This document shows positions 10,871 through 20,114 of a stretch of 64,000 nt of DNA, piece by piece. Below the pieces are notes generated by a model. It made no database searches. It worked only from the letters and a program-made list of their open reading frames with translations, and had not been told where the DNA came from. This DNA comes from an uncultured Pelagibacteraceae bacterium. Lineage in GTDB: Bacteria; Pseudomonadota; Alphaproteobacteria; Pelagibacterales; Pelagibacteraceae. The first letter of the stretch is position 1, and each line of letters begins with the position of its first letter. A program made the position numbers and the translations under genes. The DNA is taken from contig CACJKF010000002.1 in assembly GCA_902593905.1 (NCBI GenBank), forward strand, positions 1,742-65,741, written 5' to 3'.

Positions 10871-11662
10871 ATGAATTATAAAAAATCATTCAACTTTTTA
10901 AAAAAATTACCTTCAAAATTAAACTTATTTTATAAGAAAAAATCTAAATCTGGAATAAAAGTAAACAACAAATCTAAATCAAAAAAAGATTTTGATCCCG
11001 TGACAAATTTTGATAAAGCTTTCGAAAAATATATTCGAACTCTGATTAGTAAGAATTTTCCCAATGACTCAATTATTGGAGAAGAATTTCAGGACAAGCC
11101 TTCATCAAATCATTTAAAATGGTCTATAGATCCTATTGATGGAACAAGAGCTTTCGTTATAGGTGCACCGACATGGTCAAATTTAATTAGCTTGTCATAT
11201 CATGACAAATCACTTTTAGGATTAGCTAATTTCCCAGAGCTTAATAAATATTATATAAACAACAAAACTAACTCTTATGTCTTTAAAAATAACAAAAGAT
11301 TTGTCCTTAGATCATCTAATAATGACAATCTGAAAACTATAAAAATTATAGGAAATTTTCATGGAACTTTAAGTTACGAAAGACAGCGTAAAGTCATTAA
11401 AAAGTTTGGTTGGTCATTTAGGTTAGCTGGATTTGATGCCTTAAATTATTGTTTACTCGCAGAAGGGAAAGTCGATGCAGTTATTGAGGCAAATTTAAAA
11501 CCTTATGATATACTTCCATTGATACCAATTATAAAAAATTCTGGAGCAATAGTTACTAATTGGGATAATCAAGCTGCGGAAACCGGAGGCAATATTTTGG
11601 CTACATCAAATAGAAGTTTACATTATAAAATTCTTAAACTTTTAAAACCTTTTGTAAAATAA
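10871..11662 (+). CDS. Inositol monophosphatase family protein (HisN-like)
   Basis: FDPVT, GEE, WSIDPIDGTRAF, KPYDI. Confidence 0.8.
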   Translation: MNYKKSFNFLKKLPSKLNLFYKKKSKSGIKVNNKSKSKKDFDPVTNFDKAFEKYIRTLISKNFPNDSIIGEEFQDKPSSNHLKWSIDPIDGTRAFVIGAPTWSNLISLSYHDKSLLGLANFPELNKYYINNKTNSYVFKNNKRFVLRSSNNDNLKTIKIIGNFHGTLSYERQRKVIKKFGWSFRLAGFDALNYCLLAEGKVDAVIEANLKPYDILPLIPIIKNSGAIVTNWDNQAAETGGNILATSNRSLHYKILKLLKPFVK

Positions 11663-12184
11663 ATGATTAACTTGTTTATAAGCAGAATATTCAGAGCTAT
11701 CAAAATTGATATAGAATTATTTGAAGAGGTAGAAAAAGATAAAAAAGCAACTTTTCAAGCTGGTTCTGTTGTCGTTTTGTCTAGTTTAGCAGCCGGTGTT
11801 GGATCGATACATTTAGGAGCATCAAATTTTTTAATTGCTCCAGCTTTATCTTTACTTAGCTGGTATGTTTGGGCTTATATAATTTATTTTGTTGGTGTTA
11901 AATTGTTTGGAGATAATAAAACTAAAAGTGATCACGGCGAACTTTTAAGAACAATTGGATTTTCAAGTGCACCTGGTCTCATCAGGGTTTTTGGTGTAAC
12001 TCCAGAACTTATGACAGTTACATTTGTTGGGTCAGCTTTTTGGATGCTGGCTTGCATGGTAGTAGCAGTAAAATCTGCTTTAGACTATGACAGTTTATGG
12101 AAAGCTTTTGGTGTTGTGGTTGTTTCCTGGTTAGTACAAGCTTTTTTCTTATTTTTAATACTAGTTTTATTTAAAGGAATCTAA
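11663..12184 (+). CDS. YIP1-like multi-pass membrane protein
   Basis: FEEVE..ATFQA..VV; LLRTIGFSSAPG; ~5 TM. Confidence 0.6.
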   Translation: MINLFISRIFRAIKIDIELFEEVEKDKKATFQAGSVVVLSSLAAGVGSIHLGASNFLIAPALSLLSWYVWAYIIYFVGVKLFGDNKTKSDHGELLRTIGFSSAPGLIRVFGVTPELMTVTFVGSAFWMLACMVVAVKSALDYDSLWKAFGVVVVSWLVQAFFLFLILVLFKGI

Positions 12185-12345
12185 AGCGGAAATATTCTTT
12201 TAGAAAGATTACAACTATTACAAATTTTGTAGCTATACATTATTAAATTTTGTTTTACAGTTTCATCTTCATTTTTGCACTCTTCACAAATATTATCTAT
12301 TTTTCCGCTATTATTATCTATGACAATATGATCATCGTTTTTCAT
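12181..12345 (-). CDS. Unannotated 54-aa putative zinc-binding small protein
   Basis: Manual translation MKNDDHIVIDNNSGKIDNICEECKNEDETVKQNLIMYSYKICNSCNLSKRIFPL; two CxxC pairs; fills the intergenic gap. Confidence 0.65.
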   Translation of the reverse strand: MKNDDHIVIDNNSGKIDNICEECKNEDETVKQNLIMYSYKICNSCNLSKRIFPL

Positions 12346-12368
12346 AACTATTAATATATCATCAAATA

Positions 12369-12941
12369 ATGAGAAAATATTTTATTATTATTTCAATTTT
12401 TATAATTAACCATTTTGCAAATGCTCAAGAATATAAAAAAGCTTACTTTGCTGGTGGATGTTTTTGGTGCATGGAGGAGTCATTTGATCAAATTAATGGA
12501 GTTATTTCTACTATCTCAGGTTATTCTGGCGGAAATTTAAAAAACCCAACTTACCAAGATGTTATTTACAAAGACACCGGCCATGTAGAAGCTATAGAAG
12601 TAACATACGACCCCAAAATAGTTAATTATGAAAAACTTTTAGATATTTATTGGAAAAATATTGATCCTTTTGATTCTGCAGGACAATTTTGTGACAAAGG
12701 AAAAAGCTATAGATCAGTAATTTTTTTTCAAACACAACCAGAAAAAGAATTTATTGATAAATCCTTTAAAAAATTGGAAAAACTATTCAACAATAAAATA
12801 GTAACTTTAGTTTGGAAATTCGAGAAATTTTATCCTGCCGAAGATTATCACCAAGATTATTATGAAAAAAACTTTATTAGATATCTCATGTATAAAAAGG
12901 GGTGTAAAAGAGAAGAGACCTTGAAAAAAATATGGAATTAA
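12369..12941 (+). CDS. msrA: Peptide-methionine (S)-S-oxide reductase MsrA, with signal peptide
   Basis: AGGCFWC, TGHVE, FYPAEDYHQDYY. Confidence 0.95.
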   Translation: MRKYFIIISIFIINHFANAQEYKKAYFAGGCFWCMEESFDQINGVISTISGYSGGNLKNPTYQDVIYKDTGHVEAIEVTYDPKIVNYEKLLDIYWKNIDPFDSAGQFCDKGKSYRSVIFFQTQPEKEFIDKSFKKLEKLFNNKIVTLVWKFEKFYPAEDYHQDYYEKNFIRYLMYKKGCKREETLKKIWN

Positions 12942-13387
12942 AAAAATTACTTGTAACAATTTTTTTTGTTGGTTTGTTAAATTCTGTTGAAGCAGAGATG
13001 ATTAAACCTGCAGAAAATTTATCTGCTTATGATGTAATAAAAATTCAATTAAATGCTCTCAAGAATAATGATAAAGATGACACTGGGATAAAACAAACTT
13101 GGTTATTTGCTCATCCAGATAATAAAAAAATGACCGGGCCTTATGATCGCTTTAGAATAATGCTTTATGATGTACACTATAGAATTCTTTTAAATCATTT
13201 CTCTCACAAAATAGATTTAATCATGAACACTGATAATAAATTTGTTTATGGAGTAAAAGTTTTAAGTGATAAAAAAAAACAATTCTACTATTTATGGCAT
13301 GTTGAGAGAGGAAATGACAAAGATTGTAAAAGTTGTTGGTTTACTTCTGGTGTCTCAATGCCAACAGATCAAGGTAATTCAATTTGA
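12932..13387 (+). CDS. Secreted hypothetical protein (possibly DUF4864-like)
   Basis: Signal peptide; VIKIQLNALK..FAHP..GP..RF..M. Confidence 0.5.
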   Translation: MELKKLLVTIFFVGLLNSVEAEMIKPAENLSAYDVIKIQLNALKNNDKDDTGIKQTWLFAHPDNKKMTGPYDRFRIMLYDVHYRILLNHFSHKIDLIMNTDNKFVYGVKVLSDKKKQFYYLWHVERGNDKDCKSCWFTSGVSMPTDQGNSI

Positions 13388-13584
13388 AAAGACCTCCTTT
13401 TGCAATTAGATATTTAATAATTGGTGCAATATTAGTTTTGCCACCGATACTAAGCACTCATTATGGAACAATTTATTTGGGAAAAAATAATGGGGTTCTA
13501 CTAGGTTTCTCTGTAGGAATAATTTGCGTATCATTTGCTTGTTGGAAACTTTTCATTGATGGTTGGAGGGATGACGAGGACTAA
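13384..13584 (+). CDS. Small 2-TM membrane protein
   Basis: 66 aa with two hydrophobic segments; overlaps both neighbours in operon fashion. Confidence 0.55.
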   Translation: MKRPPFAIRYLIIGAILVLPPILSTHYGTIYLGKNNGVLLGFSVGIICVSFACWKLFIDGWRDDED

Positions 13585-14720
13585 TGAAATTCGAAATTTC
13601 AAGAGAAGGAGCTTTGAAACAGCTTGGTGTTTTTATAAATAGTGAATTAGCAAATTATAGTTTCAAAAGAAATTTTGATTTAGGGCCAAGTGACAAAACG
13701 AATGTATCTTGCTTATCTCCTTATATTTCCCATAGATTGATTACTGAGTACGAAGTCGCAAAGATAGTTTTAGCAAAGTTTCCATTTCAAAAAGTGGAAA
13801 AATATATTCAAGAAATATTTTGGAGAGTTTATTGGAAAGGTTGGTTGGAGCTTAGACCTCAAGTTTGGTCAGATTTTACAGAGGATTTAAAAGGGCTAAA
13901 GGAAGATGATAATTATAAAAAAGCTGTTAATGGCGAAACTCAAATTCAATGTTTTAATGATTGGGTAAAAGAGCTTAGAGAAAATAATTATTTACATAAT
14001 CATACTAGAATGTGGTTCGCTAGCATTTGGATATTTACCTTAAATTTACCTTGGCAAAAAGGTGCGGAATTTTTTATGAAACATTTATATGATGGTGACG
14101 CCGCCTCTAATACTTTAAGTTGGAGATGGGTTGCTGGACTTCAAACTAAAGGAAAGCACTATGTAGCTCAATCATGGAACATAAGTAAGTTTACTAATAA
14201 TAAATATATGAATATTAAATTAAATGAGAACGCTTTATCTTTAACAGACAAAAGAGAATATAAATTAAATCCACTTAATTTTATTACAGAAGATAATTCA
14301 AATGAAAATTTATTAGTTTTTGAGAACGAATTAAATTTAGAAAATAAAGATTTAAAAAAATATAAAAATATTTACTTAGTTTTATTAAGTAATGAAGCTC
14401 GAAAACTAAAACTTGAGCAAAAAGTGCTAGACTATAAATCACAGCTAATTAATGATCAAAAAAAGCGATTTGAAGATTTAAAAATCATAGATGAAGTAAA
14501 ATTTGAAACTCTTGCGGATGAAATTAGCTCTTTTGATGTCATTCACCCAAGCATTGGAGAAAATTATTCTTATTTAAATACTATTAAGAAAAAGCAAAAT
14601 TTAGAATTAAATTTTATTTTGAATGAGAAAGATAAATTTTCTTGGCAATTTTCTAATAAAGGATATTTCAATTTTAAAAATAATATTCCTAAAATTTTGA
14701 CTAATTTTAATTTACAATAA
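13584..14720 (+). CDS. Short DNA photolyase with N-terminal FAD-binding domain (NewPHL-like)
   Basis: VSCLSPYI, YLHNHTRMWFASIW and DGDAASNTLSWRWVAG lie in the first 200 aa; 378 aa total. Confidence 0.8.
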   Translation: MKFEISREGALKQLGVFINSELANYSFKRNFDLGPSDKTNVSCLSPYISHRLITEYEVAKIVLAKFPFQKVEKYIQEIFWRVYWKGWLELRPQVWSDFTEDLKGLKEDDNYKKAVNGETQIQCFNDWVKELRENNYLHNHTRMWFASIWIFTLNLPWQKGAEFFMKHLYDGDAASNTLSWRWVAGLQTKGKHYVAQSWNISKFTNNKYMNIKLNENALSLTDKREYKLNPLNFITEDNSNENLLVFENELNLENKDLKKYKNIYLVLLSNEARKLKLEQKVLDYKSQLINDQKKRFEDLKIIDEVKFETLADEISSFDVIHPSIGENYSYLNTIKKKQNLELNFILNEKDKFSWQFSNKGYFNFKNNIPKILTNFNLQ

Positions 14721-14721
14721 T

Positions 14722-14850
14722 TTATTTAGAAGAACATTTTTTTGAACAATATTTTACCTTCTCCCAATTTAGTCTCCATTTTTTTCTCCAGGAAAAAGGT
14801 TTGCTACAAACTGGGCAAGTTTTTTTTGGCAAATTAGCTTTTTTTATCAT
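14722..14850 (-). CDS. Unannotated 42-aa DUF2256-type protein
   Basis: Manual translation [42 protein letters not shown] matches the DUF2256 signature LPxKxCxxCxxPFxWRKKW..YCS..C. Confidence 0.85.
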   Translation of the reverse strand: MIKKANLPKKTCPVCSKPFSWRKKWRLNWEKVKYCSKKCSSK

Positions 14851-15193
14851 GTAGTTGATGTTTATTTTTTATAAAAAGAAAATAAGCTGCAATTTCATAA
14901 AAGATATTTAATATAAAAAACAAAGGTTTTATCTTAAATATTTTATATAAAAAATTATATTTAGGAATATTTTTCCAAATTATTAAAAAAGACTCTGCTC
15001 CATCAATTACTCTACCATCCTGTATTACATGCATTCTTCTTAAAAGTTCCTTGTAAGATTTGGAAGTAATTTTCTGAGCCTCTTCATTATTAGTCACATC
15101 TATCCATTCAACACTGTTATCGCTATGTTTTTTGTAATGATTGATTTCAGCTCTACAAATATTACATGAATTGTTAAAAAAAACCCTAACCAT
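14834..15193 (-). CDS. DCC/DUF393 thiol-disulfide oxidoreductase family protein
   Basis: N-terminal [20 protein letters not shown]. Confidence 0.8.
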   Translation of the reverse strand: MVRVFFNNSCNICRAEINHYKKHSDNSVEWIDVTNNEEAQKITSKSYKELLRRMHVIQDGRVIDGAESFLIIWKNIPKYNFLYKIFKIKPLFFILNIFYEIAAYFLFIKNKHQLHDKKS

Positions 15194-16667
15194 TAGTATT
15201 TTCTTTTATAAAATTATTGGCAGCTTTAAAAATTCTTGTTTTTCTGTCTTTATTCATTTTTTCAGAAACTCTAACCATCATTGCAAGACGTGGATTTTTT
15301 AAAAAGAATTTTTTATGTCTATCTATAAATTTCCAATATAATCCGTCCATTACATCACACCAGGGACCTTTTTTAAAATGCATCATTTTAAGAAAATAAC
15401 TAGATCCACAAATATAAGGTTTAGTTGCAAATATTCCGCCGTCACTAAATAATCCCATCCCATAAACATTTGGCGACATTACCCAATCAGATGAATCTAC
15501 GAACATTTCCATAAACCATTTGTAAACTTGTTTAGGATTTATCTCACAAAGATTCATTATGTTTGCCAATATCATTAGTCTTTCTATATGATGTGACCAG
15601 CCATAGTTTTTAGCATTATTGATTGCATGATCTAAAGGATCCAAACCAGTATTGCCGTCATACCAAGATTTTTTCATTTTTCTTTTATGATTAAAAAAAT
15701 TAGTGTTATCTAATCGTTGATCATAGTTTTGGTAAATTCCTCTCATAAACTCTCTCCAACCTATAATCTGTCTAATATAACCCTCTAAGGAATTCATAGG
15801 TACTTTATTTTCAATCTTTCTTAACTTCTCTATTATCTCTTCTGGGGCTATTAAACCTATATTTATAAGTGGACTTAGCGCGCTATGAAAAACAGTATTT
15901 GATTTATCTGTTACAGCATCCTCATAATCCCCAAAAAGCTTTATTCTCTCTTTCAAAAAATCATCTAGCCACTTACTTGCGTCTTTTCGTGTTGTTGGAA
16001 ACCAAAAACTATCAGTATTTCCTGGATGATCTTTAAAATTAGAATTTATAAATTTTTTAAGAGTAATAGTTTCCTTTGTCTCTTTTACCTTAGAAATTAC
16101 AGGAACTTTAATAGTATTCGGAAGTTTTTTTCTATTTTCTTCGTCGAAACTCCATTTATTTCCTTTTGGAGTTCCATTTTTACTCATTAATAAATTCATT
16201 TTTGTTCTTACAATTTTATAAAAATTTGCCATGAAAGGCCGTTTATTTTTAGAAAGGTAATCTTTAAATTCCTGTCTCTCCATTAAAAACATTGGAGATC
16301 TAACTTGGTTAATCTTAAGTGAATTTTTTTTTCCTAAATTCATTATTCTTTTTTCAAAAAATTTATCCTCAATTTCAAAAAAGGTAATTTCTCTTATCTT
16401 TTTTTCTTTAATAGTCTTTTCTAATTTTTTTTCGTAGGGTAATTTAAAATCTTTATTTACATCTTTATATATTAAATTAAAATTTTTTGATTTTAGCTCA
16501 TCTTTAAATGATCTCATTGAAGATAAAAATAATAGTATTTTTAGTTTGTGGTGTTTTTCAAAGGTGCACAAACCGTAGTCTTCTGCCATAAAAAAAGTAT
16601 GGTCTTTATAATTAGAAAGATATTTTGGGTTAAAAAGTTGATTTCCTAAAATTATAAAAAGCTTCAT
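15186..16667 (-). CDS. Bacterial (6-4) photolyase / cryptochrome (PhrB/CryB family), apparently lacking the FeS cluster
   Basis: ILGNQL, HHKLK, WSFDEENR, RQIIGWREF, HHIERLM, TKPYI. Confidence 0.85.
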   Translation of the reverse strand: MKLFIILGNQLFNPKYLSNYKDHTFFMAEDYGLCTFEKHHKLKILLFLSSMRSFKDELKSKNFNLIYKDVNKDFKLPYEKKLEKTIKEKKIREITFFEIEDKFFEKRIMNLGKKNSLKINQVRSPMFLMERQEFKDYLSKNKRPFMANFYKIVRTKMNLLMSKNGTPKGNKWSFDEENRKKLPNTIKVPVISKVKETKETITLKKFINSNFKDHPGNTDSFWFPTTRKDASKWLDDFLKERIKLFGDYEDAVTDKSNTVFHSALSPLINIGLIAPEEIIEKLRKIENKVPMNSLEGYIRQIIGWREFMRGIYQNYDQRLDNTNFFNHKRKMKKSWYDGNTGLDPLDHAINNAKNYGWSHHIERLMILANIMNLCEINPKQVYKWFMEMFVDSSDWVMSPNVYGMGLFSDGGIFATKPYICGSSYFLKMMHFKKGPWCDVMDGLYWKFIDRHKKFFLKNPRLAMMVRVSEKMNKDRKTRIFKAANNFIKENTNG

Positions 16668-16736
16668 AAGTAATAAAATACATATTTTATCAAGATATTA
16701 CACGCGTCATTATTTGCATGTAAATAACCTTTAATA

Positions 16737-17462
16737 ATGTTATTTTTAATTATGAAAAAAGTAATTTTGGGAGCAACCGGATCAATCGGTTCTTCTTTAG
16801 CAAAAAAAATAGTTGATAGCGGGGAAGAGGTTCACTTAGTTGGAAGAGACGAGACTAATTTGTCAGAGTTAGCAAAAAATTTAAACTCAACATTTACTGT
16901 TTGTGATGTTTTAGAAGAGAATTTTTCCGAAAAAATACTTAATGATTTAAAAGATGAGCCAATAAATGGTTTAGCTTTTTGTGTAGGATCAATTGATTTA
17001 AAACCATTAAAGCTGACAAAAAAAAGTGACTTCATGCAATCATTCAATTTAAATCTTATTTCTGCAACAGAAGTAATTAGAACTTTAGCAGACAACTTAA
17101 AAAAAAATAAAGGTTCAGTTGTTTTATTTTCAACGGTAGCAGTAAAACAAGGCTTTCCAAACCATGCAATAGTTTCATCAGCAAAAGGCGCTATAGAGGG
17201 CCTGACTTTAGCTTTAGCAGCTGAGTTTGCGCCGAATGTGCGAGTTAATTGTATTGCACCAAGTTTGACGAACTCCAAAATTTCAAATTTTTTACTTAAG
17301 AATGAAAAAGTTGCCGAAGGTATTGCCAAAATGCACCCAATGAAAAGAATAGGTGAAGGCGGGGACTCTGCATCAGTTGCTAAGTTTCTGCTTACAGATG
17401 AAAGCTCCTGGATAACAGGTCAAATATTTGGTGTTGATGGAGGAAGATCATCTGTCGCATAA
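16737..17462 (+). CDS. SDR-family oxidoreductase
   Basis: GATGSIG, HP.KRIG, WITGQIFGVDGG. Confidence 0.85.
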   Translation: MLFLIMKKVILGATGSIGSSLAKKIVDSGEEVHLVGRDETNLSELAKNLNSTFTVCDVLEENFSEKILNDLKDEPINGLAFCVGSIDLKPLKLTKKSDFMQSFNLNLISATEVIRTLADNLKKNKGSVVLFSTVAVKQGFPNHAIVSSAKGAIEGLTLALAAEFAPNVRVNCIAPSLTNSKISNFLLKNEKVAEGIAKMHPMKRIGEGGDSASVAKFLLTDESSWITGQIFGVDGGRSSVA

Positions 17463-17493
17463 CAATTGTTGTGAAAACAGTTAAATAAGCTAT

Positions 17494-17982
17494 ATGAAAA
17501 ATTTTTTTGCTGTAATTTTATCTCTTATACTTAGCACAAGTTTAATGGCTGCCGGAAGCGATAGTAGTAGCGATTCTTCTAAAGAGGGGTCTTTATATGA
17601 GGATGCAGTTAAATTAGTTAAGAGAGCTGGAAAATTAGAAAAAAAAGATAATGCTGATAAAGCTAAAAAACTATATGCACAAGCTTTTGATAAACTAGAG
17701 AAAGCATATAAATCAGATAAAAAAAATCCAGATATTCTTAATTACATGGGTTTTACAACAAGAAAAACCGGAAATTTTGAAAAAGCTGAAAAGTATTATT
17801 TAGAAGGCTTAAGTTTAAAACCTAATCATAATGGTATCAATGAATATTTAGGTGAACTTTACGTACAAACCAATAGAATTGATAAAGCTAACGAAAGATT
17901 AGAAGTACTGAAGAATTGTAATTGTAAAGAATATAGTGAACTAGAATTGATTATAAAAACTAAAGGTTCGAAAGTTTACTAA
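17494..17982 (+). CDS. Secreted TPR-repeat protein
   Basis: Signal peptide; TPR pattern LNYMGF..RKTG..A..YY..L..P.H.G..EYLGELY. Confidence 0.8.
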   Translation: MKNFFAVILSLILSTSLMAAGSDSSSDSSKEGSLYEDAVKLVKRAGKLEKKDNADKAKKLYAQAFDKLEKAYKSDKKNPDILNYMGFTTRKTGNFEKAEKYYLEGLSLKPNHNGINEYLGELYVQTNRIDKANERLEVLKNCNCKEYSELELIIKTKGSKVY

Positions 17983-18356
17983 GACAAATCTACAGCAAAC
18001 TTTTTCAATTTTTCAATCGGTATAAGATCTAAAGTCTTAATATTAGTTTTTTTCAAATAAACTGCACATGCTGCGTTTTCCTCAATAGCTCTAGCGTACC
18101 AGGTTGCGCAAACACACCAGCAGTCACCATCTTTTAAACCTGGAAATCCAAATTCAGGATGAGGTGTAATCAAATCATTACCAACCTTCTTTGACCAAAG
18201 TAAAAATTTATCTGTTACTTTTGCACAAACCGTGTGAACTCCCCTATCATTTTTATCTGTATTACAACATCCATCTCTAAACCAACCTGTTATTGGATCG
18301 TTAGAACATGGTTCTAAAGGCTCGCCAAAAACATTTTTTTGAATTTTATCACTCAT
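17979..18356 (-). CDS. DUF2237 family protein
   Basis: NVFGEPL.PCS.DP.TG.FRDGCC; GNDL.TP; WCVCA. Confidence 0.9.
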   Translation of the reverse strand: MSDKIQKNVFGEPLEPCSNDPITGWFRDGCCNTDKNDRGVHTVCAKVTDKFLLWSKKVGNDLITPHPEFGFPGLKDGDCWCVCATWYARAIEENAACAVYLKKTNIKTLDLIPIEKLKKFAVDLS

Positions 18357-18961
18357 CTTGAAAAAACATTAGCAATTTTTTTGTCTATTTCTAGATTAAA
18401 TGAGAAAGATCTTCTTTCTCCCCTTGATTTAAACGGATATGCTGTATGCATTAAATAATGTGGGAAAAGAATTACATCTCCCTCTTTTGGTTGATGATTG
18501 TAAATACTATCACTTAAAAACATCTTATTTCCATTTATGAAATCGATCGTGCCATCAATTTTTGATTTTTTATGGTTTTTTGAAACAAATTTTGGAATCT
18601 TTAAGTAACCCACACCAGATATATGTCCATCATGATAATGTATAGGATTATATTCATTATTAAACTGTCTGACTATCCAAAAATTTTTAATTGAAATTTT
18701 TTTTACTTTTTTTCCAATAGTTTGAAAAATATATTTTTTTACTTCACTCGATATTATTTTTTCTAGATTTTTTTTTACAAAAGGTTTCGGCAATTGAAAT
18801 TCTTGTTTTACCTGTCCGACTAACTTTTTGGAGTAATCTAGTTTTTTTAATAAACTTTTTTTATTTAAAATTTGATCTACCTCATTATTAATTTTTTTTA
18901 TTAATCTATTTGAAAATTTTAATTTAGCTATTTTCGGACCAAAAGGGCTAATTACTTTCAT
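18353..18961 (-). CDS. Putative 2OG-Fe(II) oxygenase (TIGR02466-like)
   Basis: YNPIHYH, ISGVGYL, LFP.YL.H..YPF..ERRSFSFN. Confidence 0.75.
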   Translation of the reverse strand: MKVISPFGPKIAKLKFSNRLIKKINNEVDQILNKKSLLKKLDYSKKLVGQVKQEFQLPKPFVKKNLEKIISSEVKKYIFQTIGKKVKKISIKNFWIVRQFNNEYNPIHYHDGHISGVGYLKIPKFVSKNHKKSKIDGTIDFINGNKMFLSDSIYNHQPKEGDVILFPHYLMHTAYPFKSRGERRSFSFNLEIDKKIANVFSR

Positions 18962-18963
18962 AA

Positions 18964-19431
18964 TTATAGCTTCGTTGGGTTTGGTTGACCTTTATAAACT
19001 TTTTTAGGATCAAATTTTTTTTCTTTTTCTTTAAACTCTAATTTAATCTCTTCAGAATTTTTAATTTTTCCTAAAGGAATTGATCTATAAAAGCATGACT
19101 TATATCCTACATGGCAGCTCGCTCCATTTCCTATATCTACTGACATCCACAATGCGTCCTGATCATCATCTATTCTTAAATCAACTACCTTTTGCACAAA
19201 ACCACTTGTCTTGCCTTTGTGCCAAATGTCTTTTCTAGATCTACTCCAATAATGAGCCTCTTTGGTTTCGATTGTTTTTTTAAGAGCCTCTTCATTCATG
19301 TAACCATGCATCAATAACTCGCCAGAACCACTGTCAGAAGTAGTTACTGGAATGAGTCCATCTTTATCAAATTTAGGAGATAGAAATTTTCCCTCTTCTA
19401 CCTCAAATACGCTTTCTCTCTTTTTGAACAT
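18964..19431 (-). CDS. hisI: Phosphoribosyl-AMP cyclohydrolase
   Basis: YWSRSR..WHKG.TSG, DDDQD, SCH.G..SCFYR; start reset to ATG at 19431. Confidence 0.92.
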   Translation of the reverse strand: MFKKRESVFEVEEGKFLSPKFDKDGLIPVTTSDSGSGELLMHGYMNEEALKKTIETKEAHYWSRSRKDIWHKGKTSGFVQKVVDLRIDDDQDALWMSVDIGNGASCHVGYKSCFYRSIPLGKIKNSEEIKLEFKEKEKKFDPKKVYKGQPNPTKL

Positions 19432-19499
19432 GAGGGTAAAATAATGAAAAAAAGACAAAATAGCAATTTGCATTAATTACATATGTCCTATAAAAGCTA

Positions 19500-20114
19500 T
19501 TGACTATGAAGTTAGTAAAAAACGCAGATAAAAGCTCCTCAAAAAAGCCTGAAGTTTCAGATAAACAGGCCGAAGAGTCTTTCAAAACAATACTAAAATG
19601 GATTGGAGAAGATCCAAATAGGGAAGGTCTCATTGAGACACCTAAAAGGGTAGTCAAAGCTTTTAAAGAATATTTTAAAGGTTATCATCAAGATGCCGAA
19701 ACTGATTTATCTAAAACGTTTGGAGACGTAGAGGGTTATGATGATATGGTAGTAGAAAAAAACATAACACTTGAAAGTCATTGCGAACACCATATGGCAC
19801 CTATAATTGGAGTAGCGCATGTCGCTTATATTCCCAACAAAAAAGTTGTAGGATTAAGTAAATTAGCAAGAACGGTAGAAATATTTTCTAAAAGACTTCA
19901 AACTCAAGAAAGACTTACGATGCAGATCGCTAAAACTTTAATGAATTCATTAGATGCTAAAGGAGTAGCGGTTACCATCGATGCCGCTCATCAATGTATG
20001 ACTTTGCGAGGTGTCAAAAAAGAGAAAGCAACAACAGTTACTAACTATTTTTTAGGCTCCTTTAGAGAAGACTTAGGTATTCAGAATAGATATTTAAGAT
20101 ATATAAAAAAATAA
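19500..20114 (+). CDS. folE: GTP cyclohydrolase I
   Basis: REGL.ETPKRV, SHCEHH, GLSKLAR, RLQTQERLT, HQCM..RG. Confidence 0.96.
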   Translation: MTMKLVKNADKSSSKKPEVSDKQAEESFKTILKWIGEDPNREGLIETPKRVVKAFKEYFKGYHQDAETDLSKTFGDVEGYDDMVVEKNITLESHCEHHMAPIIGVAHVAYIPNKKVVGLSKLARTVEIFSKRLQTQERLTMQIAKTLMNSLDAKGVAVTIDAAHQCMTLRGVKKEKATTVTNYFLGSFREDLGIQNRYLRYIKK

